Below, one piece after another: positions 12,601 through 23,194 of a stretch of DNA of 64,000 bases. Each line of letters starts with the position of its first letter. Positions within the stretch are counted from its first letter, which is position 1. This DNA is from Lingula anatina (taxonomy: Eukaryota > Animalia > Brachiopoda): NCBI GenBank assembly GCA_051362555.1, contig CM120646.1, forward strand, positions 372,001 through 436,000, read 5' to 3'. The position numbers and the translations under genes are program-made. The notes beneath the pieces are model-generated. The model was not told where the DNA came from. It did no database searches and saw only the letters and a list, made by a program, of their open reading frames with translations.

Positions 12601-15150
12601 ATAGATAGATGAATAGCTAAAAGATTCAATAGAACTTTAACCAATTAGTAAATTGACAGACATTGAACTGACTAATGTTTTACAAGAGAAAATGACATAA
12701 ATTAAGTATAATGGTTGCTATGATTTCTTTTGTTCAGATTTCCAGCAGTTTTGAATATTTTAATCTTTCCTCTTTAGATTGTGGTTTTCAAGCCCACAAA
12801 AAGTGTTCAGAGAAGGTCCCCCATGACTGTCTGCCTGATGTGAAGTACGTAAAGCGTGTGTTTGGTACTGATCTAACCACGCTGGTGAAGACGCATCAGA
12901 GACATGTACCTGTGGTGGTAGAAAGATGTATCAAGGAGATTGAAAATAGAGGTATGCTGAAATATTAACGTCATTAAGAGAGGGTAACTTGCTGACCTTA
13001 AGTCTCACAAGGGCTCACTGGTGTCTGACATAGAGTAGGATGTCCCTTAATCCCGCCTTTGGAGTGGGGCATCCCGTATTTCCACCTTTTTGAGTGGGAC
13101 ATTGGGCTATCCTATCTTATGCGTTCAGATTTGTGATTCAGTGTGAAATTACACACTTGAGTGACTTGCAAGAGAGTTTCAAGGTATATATTGCAAGAGT
13201 GTGGCAGTGTATTATTTGTTATGCATACTCAAAGAAAGTACATTTCACCAAAAAACATCCCTAAACCAAAAAAAAAGCATGTATCGCCACAGTCATATCG
13301 CCATTCATCTTGTGGAAGTATTTTCCCACGGCTTTGGTCTAAACACGACATATATTTGAACGGGAATTTGAGCATGCTGCAACTGGACCATTGACCTAGC
13401 ACATGTCACTATTTTTCCATGGATGTTCAATTTTACTCCAAGACTCTTCCAATTGCAGGTTTATCAGCAGAAGGTCTGTACAGGGTGGCTGGTTTCCATG
13501 ACGATGTGGAGGCTATCAAGATGGCCTTTGATAAAGGTTGGTTCAAGAGATGTGGTTTCTGGCACTCTCAACATTTGTTTTATCATGTGTTCAACTTTCT
13601 TGGCACCAACAATTGGTTTTGAAGCCAAGTTTTCCAATGGAGCATTAGATATGTACTTTTGTTTTTTGTTTTTATGCAATTTTTGTGGTTTTCCTCGTCA
13701 AAGCAGACAACATTTTTATACGCCATTTCACAAAAAATAATTCTCTGAGTGCTGTCAAGGAGGCTCACATTTTGTGTAAAAGTTCAATGACTATTTTGTT
13801 ACTTTTAATTCACTGTTGTTTTGTTATTGGAGAGTATTAATAGTCTTCATAGAGTGTTGCAGTAGTCACAACCTCTGAAGTGATCATTCCTAATCAAACT
13901 TCAATGAATTTCAGTGAATTTTGTACTCATTTTGAAATGTGAAATCATTAAGATTGTAAATACCTATAGTATGTATTTTCAGAAAACCAATATAAACACA
14001 ATTTTCTATTGATCAGTGATATAACCATATTTTTCCAGATGTTGAAAATGCAGATATCAGTTCAAAAAAATATGATGACATCAATACTATAGGGAGTGTG
14101 TTGAAGCTGTATTTCCGGCTTCTTCCTATCCCACTGTTAACATTTGAGACATATCCAAAGTTTTTGGAGGCAGTCAGTAAGTATTGGAACTAAGAGACCT
14201 CTTCCTTTCCCTCAGAGTTTTATTAAGTTTAGCTCCTTGAGATAGAAGCTAATTTTATGAAATTCAGTGAAACTGAATGCAGTGTCCTATCAGATGAATT
14301 AATCAATCTTCCTATGCCATATTTCAGAGAAGGAGGGTATTTCAGCCAGCGAGAGACTTCAGATGGTGAAATGTGCCGTGAACCTCCTCCCTCCATCACA
14401 TTACCACACTCTCAAGTTCTTGATGAAACACTTGCAGAAGTAAGACATTTACCAGTATGGCATTGGTATCTGATCTTTAACTGACTTAAAAAGAATGTGT
14501 TTTCATCAGGACTAACTTAAAGCTGAAATTGACTAATTGACATCATAGTGATGAAGTTTGAACATCTTAGGGGAAAAGAAAGGAGGAGGGGGGGGGACTT
14601 CTTGAAGTAAATTGCTATTTTTTGTTTATAAAAAATCTTTTCCAGTCAAAACTTCATTTAACATTTTTTAAACAGTATAATGTAGTTGTTGCCCAGATTT
14701 TCAACAATCGTTTCAACTTTGTAATGAATAAAAAATATTTAAAAAAGGCAATTATTTAAAAGACAGTCATATATATTTGGGTAGCAAACCTTGTGAATTT
14801 CAGTGTAATGTAGATTCACTACCTATCATGTTAAAACAGTATATGGATAAGATTTGAAGAAAAAGAAAACCGACACTCCACAAATTAGCCCAAAAATTTC
14901 ATGTAATTCAGTCATTAGTGTAAAACTAATCAAATGTCTGACCATTTTCTCCAGGGTGACAGAGAAGAAGAGTGTCAACATGATGGGGCCTGAAAACCTG
15001 GCGACAGTATTTGCACCAACTCTTCTGCGTTCCCCAGATAGCGATCCCCTGGCCAGCCTCACAGCCGTTAAGTACGAGCGCGAAGTCATGGAATTACTCA
15101 TTACCCACCAGGAGGCGCTCTTTGACAAGAGGTCAGTGGGGAATGATTAA
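1840..15150 (+). CDS. CHN2: Chimaerin (SH2 + C1 + RhoGAP; single ortholog of vertebrate CHN1/CHN2), 13 coding exons, 465 aa
   Basis: Exons joined by hand, all introns GT-AG and phase-consistent: 1840-1843, 2308-2340, 4445-4500, 9337-9368, 9667-9777, 11099-11402, 11769-11843, 12291-12375, 12778-12951, 13459-13536, 14039-14176, 14328-14439, 14955-15150 (1398 nt). Translation has [17 protein letters not shown]2 [28 protein letters not shown]1 [37 protein letters not shown], and RhoGAP GLYRVAG / [10 protein letters not shown]. Confidence 0.96.
2045..2250. mobile_element. Fold-back MITE in a chimaerin intron
   Basis: About 55-bp imperfect inverted arms (CAAGTTGATCCAGGGACTAACAGATCCGGGGATTAAATATGGCG vs CGCCATATTTGATCCACGGATCTGTTAGTCCTCGAATTAACTTG). 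Confidence 0.7.
2308..2340 (+). CDS. CHN2: Chimaerin coding exon 2 ([11 protein letters not shown])
   Basis: TTTCAG acceptor, GTAAGT donor, WKSY motif. Confidence 0.9.
4445..4500 (+). CDS. CHN2: Chimaerin coding exon 3 ([19 protein letters not shown])
   Basis: TTTCAG acceptor, GT donor, YQLQQxAP motif. Confidence 0.9.
5474..5567. repeat. (GT)n(GA)n compound microsatellite
   Basis: Direct inspection. Confidence 0.95.
6585..6736. mobile_element. Tourist/PIF-like MITE family copy A (internally deleted)
   Basis: CATTCCCATAGATT...AATCTCTGGGAATG TIRs; body shared with the copies at 33990 and 47236. Confidence 0.75.
7347..7408. repeat. (TG)n followed by a long poly-G run
   Basis: Direct inspection; similar poly-C/poly-G runs occur near 2562, 18408, 25270 and 63968. 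Confidence 0.9.
9337..9368 (+). CDS. CHN2: Chimaerin coding exon 4 ([11 protein letters not shown])
   Basis: TTTTAG acceptor, GTAAGT donor, NRPxxYGxE motif. Confidence 0.9.
9575..9616. repeat. (TC)n microsatellite
   Basis: Direct inspection. Confidence 0.95.
9667..9777 (+). CDS. CHN2: Chimaerin coding exon 5 (SH2 N-terminal half)
   Basis: [37 protein letters not shown]; AG/GT boundaries. Confidence 0.95.
11099..11402 (+). CDS. CHN2: Chimaerin coding exon 6 (SH2 C-terminal half + linker)
   Basis: [33 protein letters not shown]; TGCAG acceptor, GTAAGT donor. Confidence 0.93.
11769..11843 (+). CDS. CHN2: Chimaerin coding exon 7 (LGTDS...YEKPHVFK)
   Basis: TTTCAG acceptor, GTGAGC donor; YEKxHxFK motif that precedes the C1 domain. 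Confidence 0.9.
12291..12375 (+). CDS. CHN2: Chimaerin coding exon 8 (C1 domain)
   Basis: [28 protein letters not shown]. Confidence 0.95.
12778..12951 (+). CDS. CHN2: Chimaerin coding exon 9 (C1 end / RhoGAP start)
   Basis: [43 protein letters not shown]. Confidence 0.95.
13459..13536 (+). CDS. CHN2: Chimaerin coding exon 10 (RhoGAP arginine finger)
   Basis: [26 protein letters not shown]. Confidence 0.95.
14039..14176 (+). CDS. CHN2: Chimaerin coding exon 11 (RhoGAP)
   Basis: [29 protein letters not shown]. Confidence 0.95.
14328..14439 (+). CDS. CHN2: Chimaerin coding exon 12 (RhoGAP)
   Basis: [19 protein letters not shown]. Confidence 0.93.
14955..15150 (+). CDS. CHN2: Chimaerin last coding exon
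   Basis: [20 protein letters not shown]...LFD, TAA stop ending at 15150. Confidence 0.95.
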
Positions 15151-18100
15151 ATCAGCGAGCCTGTTTTTGGTTCGATTAAGACAGCTTTCTGGGCATTCTG
15201 GAAGACTGTTGATAATTTAAACTGGGTGATTCGAACCCGTGATTTGACTTGGAATGCTGTTCGCTGCGATAACTGGAATTAACCTGCTATTGAGTAATTA
15301 AATGGCCTTTTCAGCTGCAGTAAATTCTGAAGTATGGTGGATTCTATTATATCTCACTGAAGCAGTGACAAATTAAGAATGGCAGACGTTATTTTTAATT
15401 CCTAAAAAACATTGTGCAGAATCGTTCACACAGACATGGGGAAATTTTTTTGAATGTACTGAAGGTCTGGAAGAAATCTGCAGGTTTCTCCATGTCTGTT
15501 TCACAGTTTTCATACTAACAGGCTGCATTCAATTATATTATACAGAATTGTTTCTGTCAAAGTGTTTTTATATAACTATGAGCAAAGAGCCCTGCTTATA
15601 GGAAATAAGCCAGAAACCACTGGAGCTGGCCTGGCTTGTGACCTGCTTCTGCTGCCATCTTTTGGTGATGGTAGAAACGTCAGTTGATCAAGATAACAAG
15701 TGTTAAACAGGTTTGAAAGATTTGATCTTCCCTAAAGCAGTCAATTATTGGCTCTGTCAAAATCTGTAAGCACAAGCAGTCAAAGTCTGACACTACTTCT
15801 GTCACATCAGCCCCAGCCTGTGGAAGACTGCTGACTTGGAGAGCTGCATTGATAAAGATTTTCTACTTTCAAGTTTAGAGAACTTCTCTTCATAGAATGT
15901 AAATTTTTTCTTTGAAATCTCATAAGGAAAATGCACACTGCAGATTAGATTTTTTAAACCACCAGCAGATTTTCTCAACTCTACACCCCCTCCTGATTAC
16001 GGGAAGATCCATTTTTCCAAATGTCTTGTTTAGAATTTCTATATTTCCTTTAAGTTGTGTTGGAAGTATTTCAGGAATTTACAAAGCGTCTTGCAAAATT
16101 TCGTTCATTCATAGATGTTGTACTGTTTCATTTACTTAAATTATTATTTTCTCTGAAACATTTTGTATAACATTGAATAATCATGTGCATCAAAACAGTT
16201 GTATTTCTTCTCATTTTATTTCTTTTCTAAACTTATGTCTTGAAAATAGTCCCTTTTGATTATATTGCAGAGCAATCTTGAAATAAAAAATTCAGTGTTG
16301 TAGATGTGAGCATAACTTTATATAAATAGTAATATTATGGTATATACAAGTGAAAACATAATTAATGTCTTATATAGAAGTGATTTACAATCATGTCAGA
16401 CTTTGAGAGAGAATAGTTCAGAAGTGAATGGTGAGCACCGTTCAGAGACCATGACAGCTTGTCAACATACAAACATTTTGAAGTCTTGCATTTGAAGGAA
16501 ATCATGACAATGAGAAAGAAAGACATCTTGTGCTATAATGTAATAATTTAATTGTTTTTGGTAAAGAAGGCATTTTGTTTATTATGTAATAATTGAAGTT
16601 TAATGAAACCGTAAAACTTAGTTGTCCTTTTTGAGATCAAAAACATGACATCAGATTGGTCAGTATGTATTGTATTCAAAGGCAAAGAATGTTTAGTTTT
16701 TATGTACAGACACTTGCTTAAGCCTCTTAAAATACTCACTTGTTAAGGTGTATACCAGACAATAATGATGTGTTAATTGATAATACTAGACAGGGTGCAA
16801 TATGAACCATTCTGATAGTCAGAACACAGTTAACTACCACAATAAATACTACAAACTGGGTGGAATGATACATGGTGATGTCCCAGTTCTGTGGTAAAGA
16901 AAAAAGTGTAAGAGTTACATTTTTTTATGATAAGATGGCTACAATTTCTTGGTGGAGAACTGAAAATATCTTTAGCAGGAACTTCATTTCGTCTACATCC
17001 ATGTTCTCATGATATGATGGCAAGTTTTACAGAGTGTTGGATTGGTTGAGATTGATATAAGCAATTAAGGTCAGAAAAAGAATTTTTCCTTCCTTGTAAG
17101 TTTAACGAAGTCGCTTCCTTGTAACTGGTTGTTTTATTTCTTTTTATAATCTTATAGAAAATAAAAAGTTGTGCTTATATAACTGAAGAAGTATTACTTA
17201 TAGGTATGTTCCTATTAGCCAGTATCTTAGATAAGATGAAGTTGTGCCTGTACAATTTAGACATAACATGTGTTCCTTAAAGATGAATTTGCAAAGTGCA
17301 TTTTACTTTATTTGCAGTAAATTCTTACTTGCAGCTGAAGAATTATTATATTAATTAAGTAATTAATTCATCAGTTGAAGGGTAAAGTTGCATATTATAA
17401 TTTTTATACTTTGTGATTTATCATTAAGTTAACTAATAGTATTATAAATGGAACAAGTGATTTTGAAATAGAATTTATTTTTTTGCTCAATATTTTCTGT
17501 AGATTTTAATAGAGGTGCAAGGAATTTTCAATTCATTAAAAGAACATACTTCTTTTTGCTTGTTGTACAAAACTGTTTTATAGCCTTCTAGCTATTCTCA
17601 TTTCAGTTATGGTGAATTTAAAGGTATTCATTATTAGATTCAGATTTCAGAGTCAGTGTCTAATAAAATCAACTGCCTAAATACGTGTATCAGTCAATAA
17701 TTGTGATGAAAATTTGTTTGAAAGATTTCTTGTAGTTTAGTTTGATTCTTTTTCTATTAATGCTTAATGGAAGAATATATTATTTCAGTTGAAATTCAGT
17801 GTAACTGTATTGTGGATGTAACACTTTTAAAATAAACCAAAAAGATCTTCAATATTAGATAATCATCACAACTTTGCTACAATGTTAGCATTGAACAAAT
17901 GATATTTATGTTCCAAGGATTTTCCTTTTGTCAAACTGCTTCCAGTTTAGCATGAGATATAGCATGCCTCTTATATTGTTATAATTATTATTAATATTAT
18001 TAATATTATTATTATTACACCATTTTTGTTGTTAATAATCAGTGTGCAGAGAAGAGCATGGTGTATGTAGACATAGGTTGTCCTGGCAACCACCCTTTGC

Positions 18101-19332
18101 TGTCATTATTACAACTTCCACATTCTAAATGTTGTGTGTCACATGTGGAAGGACAGACCTAGTAGGATTTTGTACATGTCATTTATTTTAATAAACTGTT
18201 CATAGAAGACATCAGGTGGTTAATGTTGGTTTATTTCTTTTTGTTAATGTCATGTTCAGAAATAATGTGCTAGGCAGACCTCAAATAAGCATCTTGATGA
18301 GGTGATCAGGTTTTATAAGTAAACGGCTTCCATTCATCCTTCTTCACTTCTCTGCAAAAAGGTTTGATTAGAACTACTACATGTGATTCTGAAGCCAAGA
18401 CAAATTCTCCCCCCCCCCCCCCCCCCCCCCCCACACACACACCTTAGACCAAAAAGATCATCCTGGTTTTCAGTGTGATATCCTGTGAGCTGTAAAATGA
18501 CTGTTATTTCATGTTGTAGTAAGTTGATGTGTCAGATTGTTGGAAGAATCAGAGTACAAACTTTTTTTTTAAATTAAATATCAGAACTAATCTATTGTTT
18601 CTGTGCTCAGTATCACTATTGGTGCAATGAACATTCAGAGATGATCCTGACTACATTGTCTACTGTCACATCCAGCACAATGTTTACCTGTCACAACTAA
18701 CACAATGGCCACCATGGCGTCTGGCAGACAACATTGCGTGACAAATCACCATCACTGAACCATGAAGTGGCTGTAATTGCACAAGCAGACAAAGAACTTG
18801 TCTTCCTCAAGTTACTTTTATGTTAATTGGATATGATATAGAAAAAGATGGATAAAGGATGCTTGGCAGTTTATAACTAAGCACTGTGTTTTGTTGTTTT
18901 GAAGCACAAGAAAAAAAAGACATTTAGAATGAAAAATGAAAATGCACCATGCCACAAAGTTTGTCCTCAGTTTTAATACTGTTTCTATAGTGACCAATGT
19001 TACTCAACCTTAGTCATCCCATCAGACTGGGCTGCTGATGAATTTTTCATATTATTTAAAACTAATTTTTTATTGAAACCATTGATTGACATAAAAACTG
19101 CATCATTTCTCAGGGTTTTAGTTAACTTGTGTGTGTGTGTATAGTGGGGGGACTTTTACTGGTGAATTTAAATTTTCATAGACTTGAAAAATTAATGTTT
19201 TGTGAAAACTTTTCAAATAATGATATTAACAGAACCATTTCCTGTTCTTCCAGTGTAAGTATGTAGTAATATTTCCTGTTATTCACTATATAACTCTCAC
19301 TCACAAGGGAACAACAAAAGGTGTATGACAAT

Positions 19333-20891
19333 TAACCGATTACAGTGACGTCATATTTGCTCCGTAACACTAGTCCCGCGGCCATGCTGGAGGGAATGAA
19401 CGACGGGGAATAGTAGCGTAAATATAGGTAAACCAAATAAAATAAAGTAAACTTCATATCACGATCAAGGACACCAAAGGGAAAAGGATATATACAAGCT
19501 GAGGCTTCAGCTGATCAGCGGAATCGACCGATATGAACTCAAGACAGTCTAAAAACGTGAAATCCTACTAAATGCTACTTACCCAACATCGTGTTGTCAG
19601 AAGATAGTTCAGTTATCTTGTACTTCATTTTTCTTGTTCATTGGGTAATAACAGTTATAGTTTGAGAGAGTTTAATGTGTAATCATAAGTTTAACCATAA
19701 ATAGAAGCAACTGTTTTCATAAAGGATAGATATAAAAAAATTTGAGCTGATCATTAGGATAAACCCTTGTGGATTCAAGGAAGAATGTATGATTGTCTTA
19801 TGACATGAAATATTGCTGTTAGTTATGACTTATCTTTACATCGTGAAGCTGTCAGAAATTATTTCAGCATTCTTGTACTTCATATTGGTTCATTAGAAAG
19901 TACATGTAACAAGACTGTTGTTCATTCATATAAGCAGCATTGTTAGCATTTTATTATTAGTTCAGTCATTCACAGAAGCATTTGTTAGGCACTACAAATA
20001 TCCTCAAACCTCAGTTTAAGTGGGACTTAGAGAATGGGAATTTGCCATAGGACTATACACTTGATATCAATGGAGCAATAGAAACTATGTCAATGATGAA
20101 AAAGACGTGTCCTTTCTATCAAAATAAAGCTGGTGAGTTGTGTTGTAAATAAGTTTTCAAAATACATCTACTGTCATAAAAAGTATTGTATCAAACTGAT
20201 TTTATAAAATTTTATATACCATTTGCATTGAGAATATTTTGCTAGGTATTCAGTGAACAAAATTCATGTATCTTAAATTTACTTTAAAACTGCAATATCA
20301 GGTATTTGTTGTTCTCTTTTTTTAATGTAAAGCCTAACTATATTGGGGATTTTCAGATACTATTGTTTATACAGTACAGAAGTAAAGTATGCAGAACATT
20401 TGCTCTATACCATCATCAACTTTTTAAATTATTTCAGCATTCTTGTACTTCATTTTGGTTCATTAGAAAGTACATGTAACGAGACTGTTGTTTGAGAGAG
20501 TTTAATATTCACCATGAATGCAACCATTCATATAAGCAACATTGTTAGGATTTTATTATTATTCAGTCATTCACAGAAGCAAGGCATTTTTCACAATCAT
20601 GTATTGATGATGTCCAATGTAAAATAATAATTCAGTTCATGAATTGATTTCTGCAACCATTTGCTTAAACATATAGGAAAAGTGCACATTTTGTATGAAT
20701 AAAAGTGAACATGAAATGCTGAGTTCTGAGTGTTGCTTCAATTAATTAACTCCTGTCATGCACTGGATTTCACTCTCCTGATGTTCAGATCCTGTCTCCT
20801 CAGCTGGTCACAGAGATCTAGGAATATTTTTTGCTGCTTCTACCTTGTGTGTCATCTAGCTGCCTTTTGTACCTGTCATCAAAAGCTTCCG

Positions 20892-20924
<33 letters not shown>

Positions 20925-21909
20925 ATAATTTACTTGCACCCAATCAGTGTGGCTTGGTGGGAAATGCCTGATCAATTTCCTACATGTAAATCTAAATTAA
21001 TAGAAAGATAACAATAGTGATTTTTATTCATATTATAACTTACAACATTACAGTTGAAAGGAGCAGAATTTAACATTTTTACAGAGGAAAGTGCAAAATT
21101 ATTTCATGAGGTTATTAAAGTTATATGTCAATTACACCTGAGGTAGAATTTACTTGCAAAATAAAATTACTCTTATCACTACACCAAATCGAAAATTAAG
21201 CCACCTCATTCCAAATACACTTCATACAGGTAATTGATTTAATTGGCCCAGCTCAGCTGTGTACAGTACAAATATAGCCTTGACACTAATTGGGAATAAT
21301 GCTAACCAGGTATAAAAGAGGTAGGTGACAGCCGATAAAATCTAGAGGGCACCGTAACTGATAACAAATTACACCCACGGCAATAGGTGAGTCTTCATTA
21401 TAAAAGTCGAAACCCTGCCTGGGTATTTCCACACGTTTTAACAAATTAACACACTCTCCATCCACACTTTTTGGGCACTACTTTAAATATATACGTGCGC
21501 CCCAAACGTACACACCTAGGTCTTTGGTGTTCTACTGTTTTTTCTTTTATGGTAAATCTGCACAGTTGGCTCTTCATTCTTTGCTATTAAATAAATTAGT
21601 TTTATCCTTTACTTTTCCGAAGAGTCTTGATTCAAAGCCACCTCGCCGTCTCTCCTCCGTTTATGGTTTTAGTTCCTTCACCATGGATTTTTACCACTGC
21701 AGGCAGTCTGTGAACGCTTGTAAAGTAAGTTACCTTCTCTCGATCAAATACCCTGCAGTAATTCATCATTTTGCTCGGTTAAATATGAAAAAAAATACAG
21801 AAAACGAAAACTGAACTACAGACATGGCTTGTTCATGCGCAGCAGACGATTCCGGTCTCCCTCCAGTATGGCTGCCGTTTGTTTTGATGACGCAGGCTCT
21901 AATGGGTCA
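19333..21909. mobile_element. Degenerate ISL2EU-like (PIF/Harbinger-related) DNA transposon with remnants of two inward-facing ORFs
   Basis: Imperfect inverted ends TAACCGATTA..GACGTCAT..GCGGCCATGCTGGAGGGA versus (reverse complement) TGACCCATTA..GCGTCAT..GCAGCCATACTGGAGGGA, both flanked by AT. Minus strand 21769-21632 gives THAP-like MMNYCRVFDREK..SVHRLPAVVKIHGEGTK..WL. Plus strand 19454-19552 gives SYHDQGHQREKDIYKLRLQLISGIDRYEL. Confidence 0.62.
19856..20582. repeat. Dispersed direct duplication (about 125 bp at 19856-19980, repeated at about 20426-20582 with an insertion)
   Basis: AAATTATTTCAGCATTCTTGTACTTCAT..GACTGTTGTT and CATTCATATAAGCA..CACAGAAGCA each occur twice. Confidence 0.85.
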
Positions 21910-22727
21910 ATTGAGACGGGAGAAAAAAAAATTTTCCTTCATGAATTCTGGTCCCTGTCTGACTTCATAAAGAGTCACTTGTTAACAAGTGGTCCCCGCC
22001 CTGTTTTAATGAAAATAAACAGCCTCAGTAAAAGTCCTAATATCAACAACTGAAGGTCGATTTTGTCACAGCATTTTGATAAAAATGAACTCCTGCGACA
22101 ATGTCAGCGTCATTGGCCATAATCGCCTGCACAAAGGCAGAAAGCAGCCCCCTAATAGTCCACAATGCCAGCTTTACACAGGTGCTTGTGAGCTAAAGCC
22201 AAGCTTCAATGGGCGGTCTGTATGGTGACAAAAGCCTGCAGAACTGGATCAATTATTTACCAGTGTTTTGTACAGTCTAAGAACAAATTTAGCATTGAAT
22301 AGAAATCACCTTGGTCCAATATGGGTGCATAATTGGTAAGAAGGCTCTATTGTGTATTCATTGTCAGGGCCCTTATTTATAAAGCTGGTTGTATTTATCA
22401 TGGATAATGGGTAATCAGTGTTGTGTATTCATGATTTGTTTAACAAAAGCAAAAGTAATAAGCCCTGAATGAGAGTAAGCATAATCAAGGTAGATATTGG
22501 CTGAGGTTTACCTAACAGTCTATAGGGGTGACAGCACAGATGGAGAAAGTCCATTACTTTAATATACTTCACATTAACACTTAAGGATGGGATTGTCACC
22601 AAGAATGACATCTCACTTTAAGTTTGTTAATTGACAGGTGGTCCAGGCATGGAGTGATATTTATGACTTGATAAAATAGAAAGTGAAAAAATAATTGTCA
22701 CGGTGCGTCCTGTCTCCCCTTTCCCAG

Positions 22728-23194
22728 GTAAAACTTCCGTGAGTCTTTTCACCTGATCTGCTGCGACCTTTATTTGCTAACAAAGTCTGTGAGACAGAAA
22801 GCAACCTGGCAGACATCTTGGAAGTTGAGTTGAATCCCGCCGTGACAATCTCTTCATGGACAACAGGTGATGTAGGAAGTGAAAAACTTTGCTAATACCG
22901 TCTGGAGGTGACTCATCCATTGTCACCTGTTCTTTCTAACCACCAGTTGTCAAGCCAAGGCCGACCTGGAAAAAGACATCAAGCAAGGGACGCTGTTGTC
23001 TGGAGACACATCTCACCGGGCTATCACCACGACGGCCCTACTGAAGGCTTCTCCCCAATCTTAAGTGGATTATCCTCTCACCGTCTCACCTGTCGCTGCG
23101 GACGGAAGCCGTGGCACCAAGATCTAGTGGACTAAGTTCTTAGCAGAGTTGACTTGGAGCTTACAGCCACTGGATAATCTGCTGTACAGTTAAG
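22728..23194 (+). other. Candidate non-coding 5'UTR exon, probably of the PRR15-like gene
   Basis: GC/CpG-richer block bounded by CCCCTTTCCCAG (acceptor) and AAG|GTAAGT (consensus donor at 23195). Linkage to the acceptor at 34590 is inferred. Confidence 0.45.

Noticed and set aside
15222-15245. tRNA-like GGTTCGAATC motif on the minus strand
   Set aside because: No cloverleaf or acceptor stem could be built around it.
15151-18500. Iron-responsive-element-like CAGTGN loops in the chimaerin 3' region
   Set aside because: The CAGTG sites I inspected (about 16293, 17797, 18471) lack the required 5-bp stem with a bulged C.
22908-23135. 75-aa ORF as a coding exon
   Set aside because: GTG start and no recognisable motif; better explained as a non-coding exon.
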